Shown here: positions 6,992 to 14,288 of the stretch, one piece after another
Numbering within the stretch: position 1 is the stretch's first letter
How the letters are laid out: the number at the start of each line of letters is the position of its first letter
Assembly: GCA_963843975.1 (NCBI GenBank)
Contig: CAWJMG010000001.1
Coordinates: 660,001 to 692,000, forward strand
Direction of reading: 5' to 3'
Length of the DNA: 32,000 nt
Origin: an uncultured Actinomycetes bacterium
GTDB lineage: Bacteria > Actinomycetota > Actinomycetes > S36-B12 > CAIYMF01
Translations under genes and position numbers: made by a program
Notes under the pieces: generated by a model
What the model saw: the letters and a program-made list of their open reading frames with translations, nothing else
Told to the model about the DNA's origin: nothing
Database searches by the model: none

Positions 6992-7639
6992 CTACGGCCA
7001 GACGCCGTCGCCCGGCGTGCGGTCGAGAGGGCCGTCGGCCACGCACTCGCGGTCGGTGTACACGTCCGGCATGCGCGGGTACACCTCGTGCCAGTAGCGC
7101 TCGGCGAGCGCCTGCCCCTGGGCCGGCGTGGCCCCCAGCTGGACGGCGACCCACGCGTCGCGCTGCATCGCCGCGCAGTCGGCGTCGGACTCGTCGAGCA
7201 GGCCCGAGAGGTGCATCGACTCGTGGGTCAGCACGTGCACCGCGATCACCTGCTCCAGCGGCGCGGACGCCTTCACCGACGTCGACGCCCGCCAGTAGTC
7301 CGCGAGGCGGCCGCAGGTCTCGTACGAGACCATCGCGGGCCCAGTGGGCACACCGTCCTCGTCCCAGTCGACGTGGCCGAGCTCGGCCCCGGCGTACGTG
7401 AACGTCTCGCCGAAGCGCTGGCAGTGCACGCCGTCGGTGCTCGGCGCGAGCGCCCGGGCGACGGCGCTCAGCTCCTTCTCGGCGCTGATCCACTGCCGCT
7501 CGGTGATGCCGAGGGCGAGCAGCGGCACGGCGATGAGCGCGAGGCCGATCCACGGGACCTTGCGGCGCAGGACCCCGCGCACGAGCAGCCAGCCGGCCCA
7601 GGCGGCCAGGCCGACGACGATGAACGTGCGGATCCCCAC
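6992..7639 (-). CDS. Membrane-anchored protein of unknown function with an HExxH motif
   Basis: 215-aa ORF with two N-terminal hydrophobic helices (IRTFIVVGLAAWAGWLLV, VPWIGLALIAVPLLALGI). The extracytoplasmic part has 4 Cys and HVLTHESMHL (HESMH encoded at 7225..7211). High GC3. Confidence 0.7.
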   Translation of the reverse strand: MGIRTFIVVGLAAWAGWLLVRGVLRRKVPWIGLALIAVPLLALGITERQWISAEKELSAVARALAPSTDGVHCQRFGETFTYAGAELGHVDWDEDGVPTGPAMVSYETCGRLADYWRASTSVKASAPLEQVIAVHVLTHESMHLSGLLDESDADCAAMQRDAWVAVQLGATPAQGQALAERYWHEVYPRMPDVYTDRECVADGPLDRTPGDGVWP

Positions 7640-7676
7640 CTCGGAGTGATCGGCGTACCGCGCTAGGGCCTTGACC

Positions 7677-8444
7677 TCAGGCTGGGTCGGGAGGCGCCGT
7701 CACGAGGGTCGCGACCGTGACGAAGCCGAGCGCCTCGTACACCCCGAGCGCGTCCGGCGACGCCGACAGCACGACGGTCACGACGCCGAGGGCAGCGGCC
7801 TCGCCCACGAGGAAGCGGGTCAGGGCGCCGCCGATGCCGCGCCGCCGGTGCTGCGGCAGGACGGCGACGCCGACGATCTCGGCCGTCGCCCCGATCGGCT
7901 GCAGCGTCGCGGCACCGACGACCGTGCCGTCCGCTGTCTCCGCCACGGCGGTCACGTTGAGCCCGCGCGCGATGCGGCTGCGAATGTGGTCGTGCTCCTC
8001 GACGTACGGCGAGCCGAAGGCGGTCGCGACCACCTGGGCGGCCTGCGCGACGGCGTCCTCGTCGGGCGCCAGCCGTCGCAGCGAGACACCGTCGAGGGCA
8101 GGTGCAGGCTGGGGCTCGGCCGGGCGCACCAGCAGCGGCGCCGTCTCCACCTCGAGGCCGTACGCCGCCACCGCGGCATCCATCGACGGCACCCGCTCGC
8201 GCACCCACTCGAACGCCACGGGCGCGCCGGCCACCGTGAGCGCCACAGCCGCGGCCTCGACGTCGTCGACCGTGACGGCCGCAGGCGCGGTGAGGTCGAG
8301 CTCGGCGCGCGGCCGCGCGTAGTACGGCCACGGGCGCCGGCTCAGCAGCACGCGCATCGGGCCGACGTCGACGCGGTCGGTCGAGTCCGCGACCGTCGCG
8401 TCGAGGAACGCGTCGACCCTCGCGAGCACCTCGTCGTCCACCAC
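7677..8444 (-). CDS. GNAT family N-acetyltransferase (two-domain)
   Basis: 255-aa ORF. The C-terminal acetyl-CoA motif A is IVGVAVLPQHRRRGIGGALTRFLVGEAAALG...GVYEALGF. GTG start lies 4 nt after the acylase stop. Confidence 0.8.
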   Translation of the reverse strand: MVDDEVLARVDAFLDATVADSTDRVDVGPMRVLLSRRPWPYYARPRAELDLTAPAAVTVDDVEAAAVALTVAGAPVAFEWVRERVPSMDAAVAAYGLEVETAPLLVRPAEPQPAPALDGVSLRRLAPDEDAVAQAAQVVATAFGSPYVEEHDHIRSRIARGLNVTAVAETADGTVVGAATLQPIGATAEIVGVAVLPQHRRRGIGGALTRFLVGEAAALGVVTVVLSASPDALGVYEALGFVTVATLVTAPPDPA

Positions 8445-8448
8445 CGGG

Positions 8449-10995
8449 CTACGCAGGCTTCAGGGTGAGGGTGTTCGTGGTCGAGGCCTTCACCGCGGCC
8501 TCCGTGAACGGGAAGGCGAACGTCTGGCCCGAGGCCCAGGCGTCGAGCTGGTCGACGTAGTTGGGGTGGTACGCGTGCCCGCTCGCGCCCGTCAGGTTGA
8601 CCCAGGTCGAGCGGTCGAGGTCGGACATGTCCAGCACCATCCGCATCGAGGGCACCCAGTCGACCGTGTACTCCGGCAGCGTCCATCCCGTCGCGTTGAC
8701 GATCGACTCACCGCCCGAGGTCTCGATCGGCCCGCGGTTGAACAGCGCCTCGATCGGCGCGATGCCGGACGTGCCGAAGGTCTGGTTCTGCACGAGCAGC
8801 GTGTGCAGCGCGCCCCAGCGCCAGCCGTTCGGGTCGGAGCCCTGCAGCCCCTTCAGCTCGTCCGACGCCTCGGTGAGCGCGGTCTTCACGGCGTCGTCGC
8901 GCGTCTCGACGACGTCCTTGGTGCGGACGTCGTCCCACCACGCGTCGTCTGGGCTGTCCCAGAGGTCGCGCACGGTGGTGAACCAGCGGTCGCTGCCGCT
9001 GATGACCTCGTCGGCGGGCAGCTCGTCGCCGAACACGTCGGTGAGCAGGTTCTTCCAGAACACGTTGAAGTACGCCGCCGGCGCGGAGTCCGCGGGCTGG
9101 CGGAAGTCCCAGTCCGACAGCAGCGAGACGCCGGCGACGCCTTCCACGTTGAGCGCCTTGATCTTCGGCACGAGGAACGACGCGTTCTCGTTCCACGAGT
9201 CGAACTGGATCTCGCGGATCCGGTCGGCGGTGATCTTCTGGCCGTCGGTGGTCGCGAGCTTCACCAGGTCGACGATGCGCTGGCTGCGCGCACCGTAGGA
9301 CCAGTCGTCGGTGAGGAAGTACGGGTAGGCCTCGTAGACCGACGCCTGGTTCGCCGTGACGACCCAGCCGTCGTCCGGGTTCTGCACGTTCGGCAGCGCC
9401 TCGAACGGGATGTAGCCCGTCCACGTCTGCTTCGGGTCCCAGCCGTGGGCCGGGTACTTGCCGTCGTAGCCCGAGCGGATCGGGATCTTGCCCGGCGTCT
9501 GGTAGCCGATCGTGCCGTCGGCCGAGGCGAAGATGAGGTTCTGCGCCGGCACCTCGAACAGCGAGGCAGCGGAGCGGAAGTCCTCCCACGTCTGCGCACG
9601 GTTGAGGCGGTCGATGGCATCCGCGGTGCGACCCGGCTCGAGGGCGGTCCAGCGCAGTGCGACGGCGTAGCCGTCACCGCGCGGCGGCGCGACGATCCCC
9701 GGTGGTGCATCGGCGCCCACGGTGCGCAGCTCCTCGGACGCGTCCGAGAGCAGCGGTCCGTGCTCGGTCTCGCGGACCGTGATCACGACGTCGTCCCCGC
9801 CCGCGACCTTGATCGTCTCCTGGCGCATGGTGAGCTGCTTCTTCTGCGTGCCGACGAGGTACGAGTCGCCCTCGACCTTCTCGAGGTACAGGTCGGTGAC
9901 GTCGGGCCCGAGGTTGGTGAAGCCCCAGCCGATGGTCTGGTTGTGTCCGATGACGATGCCCGGGAGGCCGGAGAAGCTGTAGCCCGCCATGTCGTACGGG
10001 CACTCGGCCGACACCGTCGTGCAGTGCAGGCCGATCTGGTACCAGATGCTCGGCATCATCGGGCCGAGGTGCGGGTCGTTGGCGAGCAGCGGCTTGCCGG
10101 TGTCGGTCTTCTCGCCGCTGATCACCCACGAGTTCGAGCCGATGCCCGGTCCGTCGGGGCCGAGCATGTCGGTGATCGCATCCGAGGCCTTGCCGGTCGC
10201 ACGGAGGACGTCGACGGCCTCGGCCGGCACGTCCGGCGCGAGACCGGCCGCGGTGGCGGTGGCGCGGGCCGCGCTCTGGTCCCACACGCCGTCGACGACG
10301 CCGCCCTGGGTGACGATCGGACGGTGCTGCAGGTAGGGGTACGGCGGGAAGAGCTGTGCCGTGCGCTTGTCGCCCACCGTCGCGCTGATGATCGAGCGGC
10401 TGATCTCCTCCTGCATGTTGCCGCGCAGGTCCCATGCCATGGCCTTGAGCCACGCGATGGAGTCGACCGGAGTCCACGGCTCGATCGTGTACGACGGGTT
10501 CTGCAGCGCGAGAACGGCGTACTCGAGCGAGGCGGTCGCACCCGAGTGGTCGGCGAGGTACGCGTTGACGCCCGCGCTGTACGACTCGAGGTTGCGGCGC
10601 GTCTCGGGCGAGAGCAGCGCGAGCTCGCGCTCGGCGACGCGGCGCCAGCCGAGGGTGCGCAGGTACGTGTCGGTCTCGACCTGGCTCTTGCCGAACAGCT
10701 CGGAGAGGCGGCCCGCCGTGATGTGACGGCGGAAGTCCATCTCCCAGAACCGGTCCTGCGCGTGGACGTAGCCCTCGGCGAAGAACAGGTCGTCGGCCGA
10801 GCCCGCGTAGATCTGCGGGATGCCGTGGTCGTCGCGCAGGACCTGGACCTCGCCCTTCAGCCCGGCGAGCGCCACCTCCCCCGACACCTGCGGGAAGGAG
10901 CGCCTCACCGTCCAGGCTCCGAAGCTCACCGCCACGACGACGAGCACGAGCAGGACGATGCCGATGATCCCGAGGACCTTGCCGAGTCTGCGCAC
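8449..10995 (-). CDS. Penicillin acylase family protein (Ntn hydrolase, peptidase S45; AHL/penicillin/aculeacin acylase-like) with N-terminal membrane anchor
   Basis: Track ORF 8449..11319 trimmed to GTG 10995, because the upstream 108 aa are Arg-rich and overlap crcB. N-terminus: VRRLGKVLGIIGIVLLVLVVVAVSFGAW. Family hallmarks: YAGSADDLFFAEGYVHAQDRFWEMDFRRH, and the autoprocessing/nucleophile site GIGSNSWVISGEKTDTGKPLLANDPHLG (Ser codon 10137..10135). 848 aa. Confidence 0.9.
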   Translation of the reverse strand: MRRLGKVLGIIGIVLLVLVVVAVSFGAWTVRRSFPQVSGEVALAGLKGEVQVLRDDHGIPQIYAGSADDLFFAEGYVHAQDRFWEMDFRRHITAGRLSELFGKSQVETDTYLRTLGWRRVAERELALLSPETRRNLESYSAGVNAYLADHSGATASLEYAVLALQNPSYTIEPWTPVDSIAWLKAMAWDLRGNMQEEISRSIISATVGDKRTAQLFPPYPYLQHRPIVTQGGVVDGVWDQSAARATATAAGLAPDVPAEAVDVLRATGKASDAITDMLGPDGPGIGSNSWVISGEKTDTGKPLLANDPHLGPMMPSIWYQIGLHCTTVSAECPYDMAGYSFSGLPGIVIGHNQTIGWGFTNLGPDVTDLYLEKVEGDSYLVGTQKKQLTMRQETIKVAGGDDVVITVRETEHGPLLSDASEELRTVGADAPPGIVAPPRGDGYAVALRWTALEPGRTADAIDRLNRAQTWEDFRSAASLFEVPAQNLIFASADGTIGYQTPGKIPIRSGYDGKYPAHGWDPKQTWTGYIPFEALPNVQNPDDGWVVTANQASVYEAYPYFLTDDWSYGARSQRIVDLVKLATTDGQKITADRIREIQFDSWNENASFLVPKIKALNVEGVAGVSLLSDWDFRQPADSAPAAYFNVFWKNLLTDVFGDELPADEVISGSDRWFTTVRDLWDSPDDAWWDDVRTKDVVETRDDAVKTALTEASDELKGLQGSDPNGWRWGALHTLLVQNQTFGTSGIAPIEALFNRGPIETSGGESIVNATGWTLPEYTVDWVPSMRMVLDMSDLDRSTWVNLTGASGHAYHPNYVDQLDAWASGQTFAFPFTEAAVKASTTNTLTLKPA

Positions 10996-11021
10996 GGAGG
11001 CAGGGTAGGCGTGAACGGGCG

Positions 11022-11414
11022 CTAACCGGCGGACAGCGACACGACCGTGACGTACGCGGCGGCCGCCACCGCCACGCACACCCCCACGGACAGCGCCGCG
11101 TAGAACACCGAGCGTGCAGCGCGCTGGCCCGGCGCGACCCCGCTCGGAGCCACCGCCAGGTCGAGCACCTGCGCGGCGTAGCCGCCGAACGTCGTGAGGG
11201 CGCCGCAGAAGCCGGTGCCCACGAGCGCGACGACCGGGGTGGACGACGACGTCCCCGCAGCGGCGACCAGGCCGCCGAGCACCGCCGATCCGGCCACGTT
11301 CACCGCGAACGTCCCCCACGGGTAGGCACCGGCCAGCCGGCGCTCCACGAGGAAGCGGACGGGAGCGCCCACGGCTGCGCCGAGAGCGACGAGGAGGACG
11401 GCGAGAGGCGTCAC
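11022..11414 (-). CDS. crcB: Fluoride channel CrcB/Fluc, second paralog
   Basis: 130 aa from GTG 11414, which overlaps the upstream crcB stop (GTGA). VTPLAVLLVALGAAVGAPVRFLV...YPWGTFAVNVAGSAVLGGL...GFCGALTTFGGYAAQ; four TM helices with CrcB motifs. Confidence 0.85.
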   Translation of the reverse strand: MTPLAVLLVALGAAVGAPVRFLVERRLAGAYPWGTFAVNVAGSAVLGGLVAAAGTSSSTPVVALVGTGFCGALTTFGGYAAQVLDLAVAPSGVAPGQRAARSVFYAALSVGVCVAVAAAAYVTVVSLSAG

Positions 11415-11884
11415 AGGTCCTCGTCCTCCCTCAGGTCGGCAGCGGCAGGGCCCGCGACCGCGGCACCGATGCGACGCCCGACGACGACCGCCAGCACACC
11501 GAGCACCACGCTCGCCACGGCGTACAGCACGGCCGCGCCGACGCTGCCCTCGCGCGCAAGGCCGACGGCCTCCACCGAGAAGGTCGAGAACGTCGTGAAG
11601 CCGCCGAGCACGCCGCTGGCGAGGAACGGCCGAGCGAGACGTGCGCGTCGTGGCCGGGTCGTGACCCAGGCACCGTGCCGGGCGTCGACGACGTCGAGCA
11701 CGATGCCGAGTGCGAGGCAGCCGAGCAGGTTCACGACGAACGTGCCCCACGGCCACGCGGCGAGATCGGAGTGCGGGACGGCGACCGACACGGCGTACCG
11801 CGCGAGAGCGCCCAGGACTCCCCCGAGCGCGACGACGGCGACCTCGTCCGGGCTCGCGAGAGCCGTCCGGGTCGCCGTGGTCAC
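11411..11884 (-). CDS. crcB: Fluoride channel CrcB/Fluc, first paralog
   Basis: 157-aa ORF: VVALGGVLGALARYAV...WPWGTFVVNLLGCLALGIV...SGVLGGFTTFSTFSVE. Paired crcB genes are typical of actinobacterial heterodimeric Fluc. Confidence 0.85.
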   Translation of the reverse strand: MTTATRTALASPDEVAVVALGGVLGALARYAVSVAVPHSDLAAWPWGTFVVNLLGCLALGIVLDVVDARHGAWVTTRPRRARLARPFLASGVLGGFTTFSTFSVEAVGLAREGSVGAAVLYAVASVVLGVLAVVVGRRIGAAVAGPAAADLREDEDL

Positions 11885-11913
11885 GCGCGGAGTCTAGGGA
11901 TGCGTGGTCGGCC

Positions 11914-12696
11914 CTAGGCGTCGCGGCGCAGGAACAGCAGGGTGTGTGCGACGAGGAACGCGAGCACCCACGCGCCGAAGATGGCCAGGGCCGACCAGCC
12001 GCTGGGCAGCGGGTCGCCCCCGAAGTCCGGCCCCCCGCCGTCCGACCAGCGGCTGGCCGTCGACCACGGCAGGATCCGCATGAGCCACTCGGCCTTGTCG
12101 TACAGGACCGCCTGCAGGATGTTCTCGACGATCAGCCCGCTGACGATCGGCACCGCGATGCCCACCGCCGTCTGGCGCGTGATGCCGGCGAGCGCGAACG
12201 CCGAGAAGGCCCACAGCACCACGAACACCGCGCCGCGCAGGAAGAAGGCGGCGTCAGGGTTCACCGTGCCCTCGAGCGCCTCGGGGGGCGTGGGGTGCCC
12301 GCGCAGCGTGACGGCGAGCCAGCTGCCGGCGAAGGAGACGAGCACCAGCACGGCACCGGCCGCAGCCACGACGAGCAGCTTCGCGAGCAGGACGCGCAGG
12401 CGTCGCGGGAACGCCGTCAGCGTCAGCCGGATGATGCCGAAGCGGTACTCCTGCCCGATCGCCTGCGAGGCGACGACCGAGGCGACCACGGCGGTCAGCG
12501 CTAGCGGGAAGGCGAACGCGCCGAACCAGTCGCCCGGCCCTTCGCCGACGATCTCGCCGCTGTCGCTGTAGAGGGTCGACGGCGAGGCGATCAGGTAGCC
12601 GAGGCCCAGCGGGAGGACGAAGGCGAGGATGAGCGCGATCCAGGTGGAGCGGACCGTGCGGATGCGGACGAGCTCGTACTTCAGGACGGCGATCAC
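11914..12696 (-). CDS. ABC-2 type transporter permease
   Basis: 260-aa ORF with 6 predicted TM helices: MIAVLKYELVRIRTVRSTWIALILAFVLPLGLGYL... Start overlaps the ATPase stop by 4 nt. Confidence 0.8.
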   Translation of the reverse strand: MIAVLKYELVRIRTVRSTWIALILAFVLPLGLGYLIASPSTLYSDSGEIVGEGPGDWFGAFAFPLALTAVVASVVASQAIGQEYRFGIIRLTLTAFPRRLRVLLAKLLVVAAAGAVLVLVSFAGSWLAVTLRGHPTPPEALEGTVNPDAAFFLRGAVFVVLWAFSAFALAGITRQTAVGIAVPIVSGLIVENILQAVLYDKAEWLMRILPWSTASRWSDGGGPDFGGDPLPSGWSALAIFGAWVLAFLVAHTLLFLRRDA

Positions 12697-13607
12697 GCGG
12701 CACCCGCCCCGGTCTGGAACTGCTGCTCGCCGCTGGTGAGCTCGAGGAACGCGTCCTCGAGGCTCGCCGTACGCCGGGTCAGCTCGCGGACCGCGACGCC
12801 CGCGCGGAAGGCGGCGTCACCGATGCGGTCGGTGTCCGAGGCCGCCACCGCGAGCCCGTCCGCGCCCTCGGGCACGGCCGAGATACCTTCCGCGGCGAGC
12901 GCGGCGGCCAGGGCGGCGACGTCCGTGGTCCGTACGAGCACGTCGTTGCGCGTGCTGCGCGCGACGAACGAGTCGAGCGACTCGTCGGCGATGAGGCGGC
13001 CCTTGGCGATCACCACGAGGTGCTCAGCCATCTGCTGCATCTCCGAGAGCAGGTGGCTCGAGACGAAGACGACCTTGCCCTGCCCTGCGTAGGCGCGGAG
13101 GAAGTCGCGCAGCCACTGGATCGACTGCGGGTCGAGCCCGTTCGCGGGCTCGTCGAGGAGGAGGACGTCGGGGTCCGCGAGGATCGCACCGGCGAGGCCG
13201 AGCCGCTGCGCCATGCCCAGCGAGAAGCCCTTGGGGCGCTTGCCCGCCACCTCGGTGAGACCGACGAGGCGAAGGACCTCGTCAACCCGCGAGGCCGGCA
13301 CCGACGCCTCGGTGGCGAGCATGACGAGGTGGTTGCGGGCCGTGCGCGAGGGGTGGAAGAAGCGGGCGTCGAGGTGGGCGCCGACCGTCTTGGTGACCGG
13401 CGTCTGCTCCGCGAGGCGGCCGCCGTCCCAGAGCGTCTGGCCGTCGCCGGAGTCCAGGCCCAGCATCAGGCGCATCGTCGTGGACTTGCCCGCGCCGTTG
13501 GGCCCGAGGAACCCGGTGACCACCCCTGGCTCGAGCGTGAAGCTGAGGTCGTGCACCGCGCGGACCGCGCCGTAGCTCTTCCCCAGGCCGAGTGCCTCGA
13601 CCGTCAT
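12693..13607 (-). CDS. ABC transporter ATP-binding protein (ABC-2/DrrA-like exporter ATPase)
   Basis: Track ORF trimmed to ATG 13607, preceded by GGGAGGGGACACC. Walker A GPNGAGKST, signature SLGMAQRLGLA, Walker B LLLDEPANGLD, and a C-terminal accessory domain. 304 aa. Confidence 0.9.
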   Translation of the reverse strand: MTVEALGLGKSYGAVRAVHDLSFTLEPGVVTGFLGPNGAGKSTTMRLMLGLDSGDGQTLWDGGRLAEQTPVTKTVGAHLDARFFHPSRTARNHLVMLATEASVPASRVDEVLRLVGLTEVAGKRPKGFSLGMAQRLGLAGAILADPDVLLLDEPANGLDPQSIQWLRDFLRAYAGQGKVVFVSSHLLSEMQQMAEHLVVIAKGRLIADESLDSFVARSTRNDVLVRTTDVAALAAALAAEGISAVPEGADGLAVAASDTDRIGDAAFRAGVAVRELTRRTASLEDAFLELTSGEQQFQTGAGAA

Positions 13608-13660
13608 GGTGTCCCCTCCCGGGCGGCAGCGCCGCCGGTGACGTTGTCCCTGCATCGTGG

Positions 13661-13707
13661 CGGATCGCCCGTGCCCGCGGGGTGAACCCCGCAGGTCGGG
13701 CGATCCG
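13661..13707. promoter_or_regulatory. Strong stem-loop in the 5' leader region of the ABC-crcB gene string
   Basis: Outer 11-bp stem CGGATCGCCCG (13661-13671) / CGGGCGATCCG (13697-13707). An inner 8-bp stem (13675-13682 / 13687-13695, one bulged A) has a 4-nt loop. No U tract on either strand. Confidence 0.3.
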
Positions 13708-13883
13708 GGGACGACGCTAGGGCGCCCCGGAGCCCGCCGCCTCAGGGCACGTCCCCCAGCGGACCCTGAACCGGCCGGCGCGGGCCCCGACACACCCGAT
13801 CAGGCCTCTGACCTGCTGTGACGGTGCTCACGGGTGACGTTCACCTCCCGGAAATGGGGTCAGAACAGGGAGTTCACCGACCG

Positions 13884-13899
13884 ATGAAAACGTTGTCAT
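13884..13899. promoter_or_regulatory. 16-bp near-palindrome ATGAAAACGTTGTCAT in the AT-richest patch of the divergent intergenic region (candidate operator)
   Basis: The half-sites ATGAAAAC/GTTGTCAT differ from perfect symmetry at one position. It sits in the 383-bp region between ABC ATPase (-) and the 48-aa ORF (+). Confidence 0.3.
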
Positions 13900-13990
13900 G
13901 ACCGAGTGGGAGACGGAGAACCCGGATCACGCTCATGACGGACGAGGCTTACCGGCCACGTCCCTGACGATCGAGAGGAGGTGACCGCAC

Positions 13991-14137
13991 ATGGGAACCC
14001 TCACCGACCTGCGCCGGAGCCTGACCCCGGAGGACGTCGCCGAGACGATCGCGCTCTGGGACCGGATGCGCGCCGCGGCCATCAGCGAAGCCGACCGCCA
14101 GGAGATCGACGAGATCTTCTCCCGACAGGTCCCCTGA
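13991..14137 (+). CDS. Small hypothetical protein (48 aa), below the size cutoff of the ORF track
   Basis: ATG 13991 is preceded by GAGAGGAGG at an 8-nt spacing. MGTLTDLRRSLTPEDVAETIALWDRMRAAAISEADRQEIDEIFSRQVP, stop TGA 14135-14137. G/C falls at nearly all third positions, and a 13-bp perfect hairpin follows. The overlapping track ORF 13981..14172 (another frame) is Arg/Pro junk. Confidence 0.55.
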   Translation: MGTLTDLRRSLTPEDVAETIALWDRMRAAAISEADRQEIDEIFSRQVP

Positions 14138-14177
14138 CCGGGGACACGTCGTACCGGGCCCGATGCCCGTGACACCC

Positions 14178-14207
14178 GACGCCTCGCGCAACGATGCGCG
14201 AGGCGTC
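14178..14207 (+). terminator. Stem-loop downstream of the 48-aa ORF
   Basis: GACGCCTCGCGCA (14178-14190), acga loop, TGCGCGAGGCGTC (14195-14207): a 13-bp perfect stem. Confidence 0.55.
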
Positions 14208-14237
14208 GCTGCATGTCCGGCCGGCCCCGACGGCGAA

Positions 14238-14272
14238 GGCCCGGACCGCGGGCTCCCACCGCGGTCCGGGCC
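14238..14272 (-). terminator. Stem-loop downstream of the sugar ABC operon
   Basis: GGCCCGGACCGCGG (14238-14251), 7-nt loop, CCGCGGTCCGGGCC (14259-14272): a 14-bp perfect stem, 16 nt past the permease stop. Confidence 0.55.
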
Positions 14273-14288
14273 CCTCTCGCTGGCTCCG

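Noticed and set aside
5195-7401. Very long ORFs overlapping the MFS gene (5195..6802 minus, 535 aa; 5287..7401 plus, 704 aa). Similar giants occur elsewhere: 8566..11025 plus (819 aa), 16197..17912 plus (571 aa), 19748..21037 minus (429 aa), 23493..24902 minus (469 aa) and 2090..3193 minus (367 aa).
   Set aside because: All are extremely Arg/Gly/Pro/Asp-rich with no hydrophobic core or motifs, and each lies antisense or out of frame to a gene with clear family signatures. These are the expected stop-poor shadow frames of GC-rich DNA.
11885-11913. Fluoride riboswitch expected upstream of crcB.
   Set aside because: Only 29 nt are available, and the sequence (CTAGGGCCGACCACGCATCCCTAG...) has none of the conserved riboswitch core. 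I also saw no convincing match in 13608-13990 on the minus strand. A covariance search would be decisive.
13898-13984. 28-aa upstream ORF (MTEWETENPDHAHDGRGLPATSLTIERR) ending inside the SD of the 48-aa ORF; possible translational coupling or leader peptide.
   Set aside because: It has no SD, only moderate GC3 and unremarkable composition, and cannot be supported from sequence alone. It is kept only as a note for Ribo-seq.
13981-14172. 63-aa track ORF (GTG 13981) overlapping the small-ORF locus.
   Set aside because: Its translation is Arg/Pro/Gly junk (MTAHGNPHRPAPEPDPGGRRRDDR...). The 48-aa ORF in the adjacent frame has the SD, the GC3 bias and protein-like composition.
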